NCBI GenBank assembly: GCA_964434865.1
Contig: CAYSWV010000011.1
Coordinates: 14,611-78,610 of the forward strand
From: an uncultured bacterium
Lineage (GTDB): Bacteria; Cyanobacteriota; Cyanobacteriia; Thermostichales; Thermostichaceae
DNA: 64,000 nt
Direction of reading: 5' to 3'
In this document: positions 19,206 through 28,270 of the stretch, one piece after another
How positions within the stretch are numbered: position 1 is the first letter of the stretch
Layout of the letters: the number at the start of each line of letters is the position of its first letter
Notes under the pieces: generated by a model
What the model saw: the letters and a program-made list of their open reading frames with translations, nothing else
Database searches by the model: none
What the model was told of the DNA's origin: nothing
Translations under genes and position numbers: made by a program

Positions 19206-20201
19206 ATGAGTGATACCTATTCAGAGTCTGAAGCTAAAGTTTGGTCGATGAAATCAATGTTGCCTTTGCCGTTACAAGGCTCAGAGCCGATGGAAGTTCT
19301 TATTGGAATTTATCTCTATGATTTTTTTAAAGTAGATGATAGTCAGCAAACATTTGAGGCTGATTTTTACCTTTCATTCCGGTGGGTGGATCCAAACCTG
19401 GCACAAGTTACTGAGAATACTGATGATCTCATCAAGCTGCAGTCGCGTAAGGTCAATCTAGATGAGATCTGGCACCCAATGATATTTATTTTGAACCGAC
19501 GACAGAACTTAATTCAAACATTTGAATCAGTCGTTGTAGCAACTGACGGTACCGTTGTTGTAGGTAAACGATTTCAAGGATCGTTATCTTCAGTAATGGA
19601 CTTAAAAAGATTTCCGTTCGATCAACAGGTTTTCCCCATTCAGGTTTCATCTTACGTTTATGGACCTGATGAGATTTCATTAGTTGTCGATGAGCAAGTA
19701 ACAGGTAGAACAGAAAGTCTATCAATCCCCAACCAAAAAATTGAGTCGTTCTCGTCTGTTATTAGCTCTCGTCGAACATCTCACCCCTGGAAAAATTATG
19801 TGAACTTCACCTACCAGATTCCAGCAAAACGCCATCCAACCTATTATTTAGGGAAAGTTATTTTGCCGCTAATGCTGATTAATTTGATGGCCTACTTGGT
19901 TTACTGGTTAAACGTTGAACAAACGATGCCTCAGGTGGCTATTTCAGTTGCAACAGTGCTCAGCTTGATCACGTATTGGTTCACGCTACAACAAGAGTTA
20001 CCACGTATCCCCTATCTAACGGCTCTAGATACCTTCATGATTGGATCAATGCTACTTGTATTTGCAGCTCCAATTGAAACCGTCATAACTGTTAATTTTG
20101 CTGAAGTCAAGTTGAATCTCCTTGCTTTTGAACTTGATCAATGGATGAGGTGGTTAATGCCAATGTTATATCTGGGACTGACTATCGTCGCTTTTTGTTA
20201 G
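19206..20201 (+). CDS. Prokaryotic pentameric ligand-gated ion channel (GLIC/ELIC-like, Cys-loop superfamily)
   Basis: ECD motifs FEADFYLSFRWVDPNL and IWHPMIFILN. Cys-less 'Cys-loop' LKRFPFDQQVFPIQVSSY. Four TM helices follow (M1 YYLGKVILPLMLINLMAYLVYWL, M2, M3, short M3-M4 loop, M4). Confidence 0.75.
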   Translation: MSDTYSESEAKVWSMKSMLPLPLQGSEPMEVLIGIYLYDFFKVDDSQQTFEADFYLSFRWVDPNLAQVTENTDDLIKLQSRKVNLDEIWHPMIFILNRRQNLIQTFESVVVATDGTVVVGKRFQGSLSSVMDLKRFPFDQQVFPIQVSSYVYGPDEISLVVDEQVTGRTESLSIPNQKIESFSSVISSRRTSHPWKNYVNFTYQIPAKRHPTYYLGKVILPLMLINLMAYLVYWLNVEQTMPQVAISVATVLSLITYWFTLQQELPRIPYLTALDTFMIGSMLLVFAAPIETVITVNFAEVKLNLLAFELDQWMRWLMPMLYLGLTIVAFC

Positions 20202-22912
20202 TCAGACTTTGAAACCTTATCTTTAGGAAACCTTATCTTTAGGAAACCTTTATCTCTGGGAAATTGTAAGCGTTCCCGTCCACCTAACCCCAATAGCCAA
20301 GCCACTACTACTCCCCAATGCAAACTTGCCACGGTCCACACCGATCCCGTTAGCAGATACACTCCAGTACAAACGGTCCCCAATCCCATCGCCAATCCTA
20401 AAAACCAAGGGTTAACAAACGTTGGCTTGCCTCGAGGATAAACGGTATAGGCCAGTAGCGGATGATAGATCCCAAACAAGACCAAACTAAATCCAACCCA
20501 AAGCAAACGCACATCCGACGAGATCCATTCGCTAGGATGAGGAACCAAGAGCACCCGAAAGCCTATCTCTTCTAACCAGGCAGGTGCCAGTGCTGTTGTT
20601 CCCAAAACCCGTAATATCCCTATGCTGCCTAACTGAGACCTCAAGGCCTGAAATTTTAACGGATCCCAATTTAAAAATCCAGCCTTTAAGCCGATCCCCA
20701 GCGCGATCCCCCCGTAAATTCCGAATCCTGCCAAAGTGATCAGCCAATCAGCCCCAGACGGGATCCGAAGTCCTCCAGCAGCGAGTCGTGCCAATAACCG
20801 AGATCCTAGTGGCCACCCTCCCAATAACCCTGTCGGTGCTAGCGGCAAAATCTGGTCATTTTCTCCCCCTACCTGGAATGTTTGCAGCACCCACAGCGAT
20901 GCTCCATGACTCAAAAACAAACTGGCCAACCGACTCTGAGCAGGTTGTGGTAACAGCGTACGCCAACTTAACAAGGCTGTCGATAATCGCGAATCTCGTT
21001 GAAACAGAGGCACAGACCAGAACCCCAAACTGGTAGTCCCATCAAACTGGATCCCAGCCAATTGTCCCAATACCTCTGCATTTTGAGCCCAATCAGACCG
21101 CACCATCCCTGTTGGCACCAACTCCTGAGAGAGCGCTTGCACAAACTCAACCAACTGTTCAAATCGCTGAGTTTGCGGATGATCTGGGTGTTGCTGAAGC
21201 CATATTTGAAGTTTAGGAGATCTTTGGACCCGCTGCGTCACCTGCTGAATCGCAATATAGAGGGCCTGATTGGAATCTTGAACACAAGATAGTGCTGGTG
21301 TCACCAACGCGGCGCCAGATCCATCTCCCACCCGATAGCGTGCCATCATGATCCGTAGCTGGTGTTGCAGGGCCCTCATCGGTGAAATCACTTCTCCACC
21401 AAAGTCATAATCTTGGGTTACCGGATCCCACTTGATCACCACATCCATCACTGGCCGAGTCCCTAACCACCCCTTCTGTAAATTGCCCATATAACTCGAC
21501 CAATCCTGGGATCCGGCAATAATTCCATTGGTATTATGAGCGTAGACCTGTTGATAAACAGTATCAAACCTTAACTCTTGCGTTAGCGGATCCCGTACCA
21601 CTGTTGCCCGACCATAGGAAAAATGCCCAGTTACTGTAGCTGGCAACGATTGTGGCTCAGCCTTCTCTCCGCCAATACCCCCAAACAGATGAATCACCAA
21701 CGCTTGATCCCCTTCCTGCCATCGCTGTAGCGCCTCTAGCCTAGTTGTTGCCTCCGGGTCTAGAAGTACTGTACGAATGGATCCCTGACGTTTGGGGGTA
21801 TCCTGCCAACTTTCCTGATGAATCCAGCGCAACCCTGTTGTCGGATCCAAAATGACTTCATCTGGATGCAACTCTATCAAACGACGAGGTTGAAGCGCCT
21901 GAACAGTGAAGGTACCCTCTGCGTTCGGCGAGCCGTAGATCATCCAGCCTTGATCTCCAGCTGGAGATAAGTTCAATTGTTGCACAGAAGACGGTGTGAT
22001 CCCTGCTCGATCCGGTGGTTGAATGGGAATGTGGATCTGTTCTGTGCGTCCAGTAAATGCTCCAGACTGAATTTCAAAATGCTGTACTTGAAAGGGTTGC
22101 AGTTGATCATTTGATGCACCTGATCCACCCGATTTAGTACGATCAACCGTATTCCCGACTTCAACTAATTTAGCGACAGGATCCAGGTGACTAACCACCC
22201 CTACATATCGACCACTGACCAGTACTGGATCCTGGCGAATAACCAATATCGGCTCTGATTCCCTCTCCAGAGTGTCACTAAATTGAGTACGAGGATCTGT
22301 TAACGCTACCATGACTCCATCAACTGGCCAGGCACCTGCCAGCGACTGTAATGGACCTACCTGAGGATAACGTTGCAAACGTTCGGGATGAATAATACCT
22401 TGACGTTGGCTCTGACGAGTTTCAGCTGTGAACCTGACAGGCTGCGTCACGGTCTGGACATAAGCTTGGACCTCCGGATCCTGGCTCCAGGTCAACCGTA
22501 ATCGGGATCCGATCCAAGGGGCAAATGGTAACGGAGCATGCTGAACCTCAAACCAGACCCAATCCACAAAATCTGCTGCATCTTTAGGTTTAGTTGTATT
22601 TATAGAATCTGTAGAATCTGCACTGGTAGTATCTGTGATGGATCCCCCAGACTCCGGCAACAGTAACCGTCCCACCCACTCCGCCACTGGACGATATAGA
22701 ACTGGATCAACAGACGCTGCTAGCGGATAATACTCAAATTGATTGAAGGGCGCTTGGGTGATCAGCTCGTAACTGGAACGGCTACTGGATCCTGGTAGCT
22801 CTCCTGGCCTAGCCTGAGCGAATCCCCTGGAGCTGCCATACCCGCAAACTATCAACAGACTGAGGAGACCAATCCATAACCAGAGGTGAAGATGTCGCAT
22901 TTGCCTGCCCAT
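20198..22912 (-). CDS. Large membrane protein with C-terminal CPBP (CAAX/Abi) intramembrane protease domain
   Basis: C-terminal multi-TM region with EEIGFR (EExxxR) and FGIYH motifs, preceded by a ~650-aa soluble domain after a signal-anchor. Start at MGRQMRHLHLWLW is preferred over the track start at 22999. Confidence 0.65.
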   Translation of the reverse strand: MGRQMRHLHLWLWIGLLSLLIVCGYGSSRGFAQARPGELPGSSSRSSYELITQAPFNQFEYYPLAASVDPVLYRPVAEWVGRLLLPESGGSITDTTSADSTDSINTTKPKDAADFVDWVWFEVQHAPLPFAPWIGSRLRLTWSQDPEVQAYVQTVTQPVRFTAETRQSQRQGIIHPERLQRYPQVGPLQSLAGAWPVDGVMVALTDPRTQFSDTLERESEPILVIRQDPVLVSGRYVGVVSHLDPVAKLVEVGNTVDRTKSGGSGASNDQLQPFQVQHFEIQSGAFTGRTEQIHIPIQPPDRAGITPSSVQQLNLSPAGDQGWMIYGSPNAEGTFTVQALQPRRLIELHPDEVILDPTTGLRWIHQESWQDTPKRQGSIRTVLLDPEATTRLEALQRWQEGDQALVIHLFGGIGGEKAEPQSLPATVTGHFSYGRATVVRDPLTQELRFDTVYQQVYAHNTNGIIAGSQDWSSYMGNLQKGWLGTRPVMDVVIKWDPVTQDYDFGGEVISPMRALQHQLRIMMARYRVGDGSGAALVTPALSCVQDSNQALYIAIQQVTQRVQRSPKLQIWLQQHPDHPQTQRFEQLVEFVQALSQELVPTGMVRSDWAQNAEVLGQLAGIQFDGTTSLGFWSVPLFQRDSRLSTALLSWRTLLPQPAQSRLASLFLSHGASLWVLQTFQVGGENDQILPLAPTGLLGGWPLGSRLLARLAAGGLRIPSGADWLITLAGFGIYGGIALGIGLKAGFLNWDPLKFQALRSQLGSIGILRVLGTTALAPAWLEEIGFRVLLVPHPSEWISSDVRLLWVGFSLVLFGIYHPLLAYTVYPRGKPTFVNPWFLGLAMGLGTVCTGVYLLTGSVWTVASLHWGVVVAWLLGLGGRERLQFPRDKGFLKIRFPKDKVSKSD
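20211..20259. repeat. 16-bp tandem direct repeat (2 perfect copies plus 1 imperfect)
   Basis: gaaaccttatctttag x2, then gaaacctttatctctgg. It lies in the last ~20 codons of the CPBP gene, just past the convergent pLGIC stop. Confidence 0.85.
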
Positions 22913-23459
22913 GAACGATAAGCTCAAAGTAGTGGGCCTTGCGGTACGAAGGAGCACCCAATAGTAACACAATATGATCAGCTTGCTGTCCCGACACAAT
23001 CAGTGTTAGAGACCCAAGATGGTTGGAACTTGGCTGAGATTGTCACTGGTTAGGCACTTAATCCTCTCATTAGTTCATACCTCTACTAGGGATGTGAGAT
23101 AAGTAGGTGAGATGCATCATTGACCAAGTTCTGAGCGGGATCTTTTGACGCCGCATTCTAGTTCAACTTAAAGTCTGTAGCCCATAGTATAGTTGCACTG
23201 TACCAGTATAGGAAGTGCTGTAGCAGCATCAAGTCTACATTAAGAGTGGTCAACAAGCATTGCACTAGGCATCATTCACATTTTTTTCACTTCTCCTCAG
23301 TAAATTCAGTACACGTTGGAATAACTCCAGTGCAGCTTGGTTATGTAATTTGGTTATCAGTAATGTTGATCCTATGAAAAGTCTGTCAAGTCATTTGTAA
23401 TACTGCACTCTTTGTTTATCTAGCTAATTTGACTAACTTCTGACTACTGGAGCAAAATT

Positions 23460-24623
23460 ATGGCTCGGATCTTGGTTTTATATGCTTCGCTCGGCTCAGG
23501 GCACATAAGTGCTGCCAATGCATTAGCTGAAGCCTTCAATCACTGTTCTGACATTGAAGTTCAGGTTGAAGATGCTCTAGCCCACGCTAGCCCCATGTTG
23601 CGAGAGACATTAACAAGACTCTACAAGCAACTTAGTGAACGAGCTCCATACTTATATCGAATGCTTTATGAAAGCATGGATACCGAAAATCTAGAGGATT
23701 CATTTGACGAAAACTTGCGATTGGCACGCCTGGAACGTCCTTTCTTTCAAAACCTGGAGCACTTAGTTCTTCGAAATTCGTTTGATGCTATTGTCTGTGT
23801 TCAACAAATCCCCAGTCGAATTTTGCAGTTGTTAGAACAAGAGGGTCACTTGACCCAACCTCACTATGTTGTGGTTACAGATGTGATTGCTCACAGTACT
23901 TGGATCAATCATGGCGTCAGGCGTTATTTCATTCCCAGTGATCTAACAGCAGATGTACTGATACAGCGAGGCGTTGATCCTTCATTGCTGAGTGTCACTG
24001 GAATTCCTATCTCCTTAGAAATTATTGAGCACAAGTCTAAAGATGCTGTTAGAAGTAGGCACAACTTACCCCAAGACAAGCCAGTTGTGACCTTGTTTGG
24101 GGGTGGCTTACACCCAGAGCGTGCTGCTTCAATTGTCAATAAGTTATTGGAAAACTTCGAAGGTTTACTAGTAGTGGCAGCGGGACGCAACGAGAGGCTT
24201 CTAGAGGTTTTACCTGATGATCCCAATATGCTGCAACTGGGTATGATTGACTACGTCGATGACCTAGTAGCTGCTAGTGATTTGGTGATTACTAAAGCTG
24301 GTGGCCTGATTATCAGTGAGGTAACCGCACGAGGAACTCCTATGATTATCATAGATCCATTTCCAGGACAGGAAGAATGGAATGCCGATGCTGTGGCAGC
24401 AGCTGGAGCCGGGATTCAGTTGAGGTTAGCAGAAATGGTAGCACCAACTGTCAAGTCTTTACTGACAAACCCACGGCAACTAGTATTCATGCAGCAGCAA
24501 GCAACCAGCTTTGGTCAACCTGAGGCTGCACTCACTATAGCTGAGAGGATCATCCATGACATGACTAGCTCTTCAGCTCCCGTCCTCACTGCCAGTGTGG
24601 CACCTCAAGGCTACACAAACTAG
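23460..24623 (+). CDS. GT28 diacylglycerol glycosyltransferase (UgtP / MGDG-synthase-like)
   Basis: From memory, it is collinear with B. subtilis UgtP: ILVLYASLGSGHISAANAL, VVTDVIAHSTWINHGV, SVTGIPI, ITKAGGLIISEVTARGTPMIIIDPFPGQEEWNA. Confidence 0.75.
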   Translation: MARILVLYASLGSGHISAANALAEAFNHCSDIEVQVEDALAHASPMLRETLTRLYKQLSERAPYLYRMLYESMDTENLEDSFDENLRLARLERPFFQNLEHLVLRNSFDAIVCVQQIPSRILQLLEQEGHLTQPHYVVVTDVIAHSTWINHGVRRYFIPSDLTADVLIQRGVDPSLLSVTGIPISLEIIEHKSKDAVRSRHNLPQDKPVVTLFGGGLHPERAASIVNKLLENFEGLLVVAAGRNERLLEVLPDDPNMLQLGMIDYVDDLVAASDLVITKAGGLIISEVTARGTPMIIIDPFPGQEEWNADAVAAAGAGIQLRLAEMVAPTVKSLLTNPRQLVFMQQQATSFGQPEAALTIAERIIHDMTSSSAPVLTASVAPQGYTN

Positions 24624-24649
24624 CTCAAATAGACGAAGTGGAATTCCAT

Positions 24650-26218
24650 ATGTCAGCTGTTTCAAAACTATTCAACCGTACATCACAGTCATCAATCCTA
24701 TGGGGAGTAGCAACATCAGGTTACCAAAGTGAAGGTGGTTATAATGGGGCTGGACAGCCTCAAAACAACTGGTCGCAAGCAGAAGATGATGGTAGTGTAA
24801 TGACCACTCGTCAGGCGGCTGACTTTTGGAGTCGCTATGATGACGACTTTGAAACCTGCCAACAACTAGGCTTGACGGCTTTCCGTCTGGGGTTAGAGTG
24901 GGCGCGGATCCAGCCTACCACTGTCAATCAAGCATCTAGTCCTCCAATGTTTGACACAATAGCTTTAGATGCTTACGCAGACCGCTTAGCAAGCTGCATA
25001 TCACATGGACTAGATCCCATTGTAACTCTGCATCACTTTACTCACCCTGCTTGGTTGGGCGTGGATGCCTGGCTTTCTGAAGACACCTTGGATCTTTTCA
25101 TCAACTACGTTCGTGTCACTTTAACTCATATCAATCTAAGACTCACAGAGCACTATTCTCTACAGCCGCTTCAGTGGTTAATTACTATCAATGAGCCTAA
25201 CATATTAGTCCTGAATACCTACTTTAACCAACAGTTTCCAAGTGCAGTAATGCCTGGAGCTAGCCCCATGATGCGGGCTTATGATCTATTGCTGGCAGCT
25301 CATGTCCGCGCTTACAGTTGTATCCGGCACTTGTATGATCAACAAGGATGGCCAACTCCTCAGATTTCATTAAACACTTACTGTAGCGATTTATACTGGT
25401 CTGACAAGATTATTTGGGATTTATTGTTCTCACGCAAACACGAGATTAAAGCCTCAGATTGGCAAAATTATAGTTTTGAACGAGCAAAAGCTCTAGACTT
25501 GGCCTTAGTCGAAGCTCAACTTCCTCTCAGGAAAACCTTATCTTATCAAGTCGGTCGCTTAGCACGTTGGTGCGTCAACCAGTTTAGTCGTCAGCTTGTT
25601 GATTCAGGATCGTTGAGTACCTTTTTTAAAGAGATCGCTGCATCAGACTACAGCATTGTTACTGATTTTATCGGTCTCGACTACTATGATCCCTTCTTTG
25701 CTCACACTATCCGTATTCCTACTTTTTCGGATTTTGAATTCCAAACCCAAGGGTTACGAGCCTGGCTGATGAGTGGTATCACAAGTAAGTGGTGGGATTG
25801 GCGAAGTCTGCCAGAAGGATTGCACTTTTTCTGCAAATATTATTCTAGCGAATTCGGTCAATGTCCTATTTTGATTGCCGAAAATGGTATGGCGTTACGA
25901 CGGAAGCCTGACAATAGTATTGCCTCCCAACGATCAGATCAACTTCTCCGCAGTCAATTTCTTAAAGCTCACGTTGGTCAAGTTATCCAATTAGTTCAGG
26001 AGGGCATTCCCTTAATCGGGTACATGCATTGGTCTTTAACCGATAACTATGAGTGGGGATCATTTACCCCTCGCTTTGGTCTCTTTTCCATTGACTATCA
26101 GTCAGGACTGGATCGTTTACATAGAGATCATTTGGGAGACAATCCTTCAGAAACTTATGCTCAATTAGTCAGAGAAGCTGAACAGGTCATCCCCGCTGAG
26201 TCCAGAACCATCATTTGA
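24650..26218 (+). CDS. Glycoside hydrolase family 1 (beta-glucosidase-like)
   Basis: WGVATSGYQSEGG, ITINEPN (acid/base Glu) and LIAENGM (nucleophile Glu). ATG at 24650 is preferred over GTG at 24638. Confidence 0.85.
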   Translation: MSAVSKLFNRTSQSSILWGVATSGYQSEGGYNGAGQPQNNWSQAEDDGSVMTTRQAADFWSRYDDDFETCQQLGLTAFRLGLEWARIQPTTVNQASSPPMFDTIALDAYADRLASCISHGLDPIVTLHHFTHPAWLGVDAWLSEDTLDLFINYVRVTLTHINLRLTEHYSLQPLQWLITINEPNILVLNTYFNQQFPSAVMPGASPMMRAYDLLLAAHVRAYSCIRHLYDQQGWPTPQISLNTYCSDLYWSDKIIWDLLFSRKHEIKASDWQNYSFERAKALDLALVEAQLPLRKTLSYQVGRLARWCVNQFSRQLVDSGSLSTFFKEIAASDYSIVTDFIGLDYYDPFFAHTIRIPTFSDFEFQTQGLRAWLMSGITSKWWDWRSLPEGLHFFCKYYSSEFGQCPILIAENGMALRRKPDNSIASQRSDQLLRSQFLKAHVGQVIQLVQEGIPLIGYMHWSLTDNYEWGSFTPRFGLFSIDYQSGLDRLHRDHLGDNPSETYAQLVREAEQVIPAESRTII

Positions 26219-26471
26219 TTTGATCTCTTGATTTAGACTACAACTTGGGAATTGGAGATGCTAATAGAAAATGGGTTTCCCTAAGTCTTTGAGTTCTTAA
26301 ATTGACAAGGCTGGTTCACGAAGATTAATTACTCAACTGCACATAATAATGTTGTTGAAGTAACTCCAGCAGCAACCGTTCATTCACGCCACGTTCACAC
26401 AAACTGTCTAAGCTTAATGTACTTGGGAAAAGCGATGTCTAAGCTTTGAAACTTTACCACTTGAGGATTTT

Positions 26472-26999
26472 ATGACTACCAACTATTTAGTTGCTGTCCT
26501 TTCAAACGAACAACGAGCCCAACGGGCCTACCTTGCTCTTGAGGAAGAAAATGTACCCATGAGCAATGTTTCGCTTCTCGGTGACGGGTACATGAGTGCC
26601 GATGACTTTGGTTTGATCAACCCTGATACTGAAGCTGATAAGCAGTCTAGCATGCTCTCAACATGGGTAATCCCATTTGGTTTTGGAGCCGGAGTCGCCT
26701 TTAGCATCTTGGCTGATTTACATACCTTCTCCTGGGCTGGAGTCTGGGGCAATCATTTAATTGGGGGCTTACTTGGAGCCGCATCTGGGGGACTGGGTTC
26801 ATTTGTGGTGGGTCGGATTTCAGGTTGGACAGTAGGTAGTGGTGACGCTATCGCTTACCGGAATCGACTTAATGCTGGCAAGTACCTGATCATTGCTCAA
26901 GGCAACAGAGAGTTAGTTTACAGGGCAACCCGGATTCTTCGCCAGTTTGAGCCAGAAAACATCCAGGGCTATGTTGATCCTGATCCAAGTGCAGCTTGA
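26472..26999 (+). CDS. Hypothetical membrane protein (YflT/general-stress-like N-terminal domain plus Gly-rich TM segments; tentative)
   Basis: 175 aa. Gly-zipper-like hydrophobic stretches GFGAGVAF and GGLLGAASGGLGSFVVG. Confidence 0.4.
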   Translation: MTTNYLVAVLSNEQRAQRAYLALEEENVPMSNVSLLGDGYMSADDFGLINPDTEADKQSSMLSTWVIPFGFGAGVAFSILADLHTFSWAGVWGNHLIGGLLGAASGGLGSFVVGRISGWTVGSGDAIAYRNRLNAGKYLIIAQGNRELVYRATRILRQFEPENIQGYVDPDPSAA

Positions 27000-27129
27000 T
27001 CCCGATTCACGACAACTCCACACATTTTTAATAGTTTAGCTTTGCAACCCTGTTAGTCAGGGATTGTGTTCAACTACTCTCCAGCACTGACATCAACAGT
27101 CACAGTAATTAAAGGAAAAGAGGTTTCCT

Positions 27130-27912
27130 ATGCCAATCACGATCCAAGCCAATTTTGTCTACACTCTGCTCAAGATCATCAAAGATCAATCGCTCGAAAA
27201 ATTAACTGAGGCTCACCTCAATCAACCAACCAACATGTTACTGGGGCACTTAGACTACCTAAACCAGGAAGGATACATTCAAGCTCAGTTTTCAGGCGAT
27301 GCATACGCTGACAAAGGGCCTAATCCACTACCCTCCACAGTTGCCTTGCAGCAGGCTCAGCTCACAGAAAAAGGCCATACACTTCTAACGGAGATGGAGG
27401 CTAATCCCCCTCAGCTATCAAACGCTGATGCTTCTCCCCCCGTACGAGAGCAGGACCTACCCTTTCTGATCAAGGTCAAGGAGCAAGCTGGGTTACCTGA
27501 TCTCTATGATGCTCGGGACCTTACCGTTGTTGTATATCGCAGCATGCGAGATCTCTTACCTACCTACGCTATTGATCAGATAGCAACCGATCTCGGGGAC
27601 AAAGAAGCTATGCAGGCGGATGAACCTGCCTTACAACAAGAGATTGCTACGCTCTGGCAGGATACTAATCCTCTAGTGGCATGGCTAAGTCGACTGCGGC
27701 CCTCTTTCAACAATTCAGGCCCTCTAGGCGTTACAGATGAACTCTTCTTTCGTCGAATTGCACAAGAGGGTGGCTTACCAGCAGGCGTCACGGCAGAAGC
27801 TGTGATTGAAGCAGTGTTCTCAGCTACAAAGCAAGAGTTACCCGATGATTCTAGTCAGCTCATTGCTGCAATCCTACCTGGTAAAGTCCTGCAGTTATGG
27901 AAACAGGCTTGA
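27130..27912 (+). CDS. Hypothetical protein, C-terminal half DUF2267-like (tentative)
   Basis: 260 aa. ARDLTVVVYRSMRDLLP and the terminal LPGKVLQLWKQA resemble the DUF2267 pattern as I remember it. Confidence 0.35.
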   Translation: MPITIQANFVYTLLKIIKDQSLEKLTEAHLNQPTNMLLGHLDYLNQEGYIQAQFSGDAYADKGPNPLPSTVALQQAQLTEKGHTLLTEMEANPPQLSNADASPPVREQDLPFLIKVKEQAGLPDLYDARDLTVVVYRSMRDLLPTYAIDQIATDLGDKEAMQADEPALQQEIATLWQDTNPLVAWLSRLRPSFNNSGPLGVTDELFFRRIAQEGGLPAGVTAEAVIEAVFSATKQELPDDSSQLIAAILPGKVLQLWKQA

Positions 27913-28270
27913 TCTAAACTGCAAATCGGGATTGAATTGAACTGATCGGAACTTGAATATCCATTGGTTCTTGCTCACTCTATAATTTGTGGTGCTGAGG
28001 GGTGCTGAGGACAAAATGGTGTGAGGACAGAAATTAATGCCTTCAAGTTCCCTAGAGTTCTGAATTATCCTACTCAAAACAAGTTCCAAAAATCTGTTTT
28101 TGATCGTCTTTTGATCGTCGGTGTGAGATCTGCTTAGGCCTAATGTAAGGCGTTAAAGACAAGTGTCTAAAAGAATGAGTCTCATTTGGGCTTCCGTGAT
28201 TCATTTCTGCATCAAAGATAGATCTAGATCCTCTTGAATTTTCACTGAATTGACTTTAGCAAACAATACT

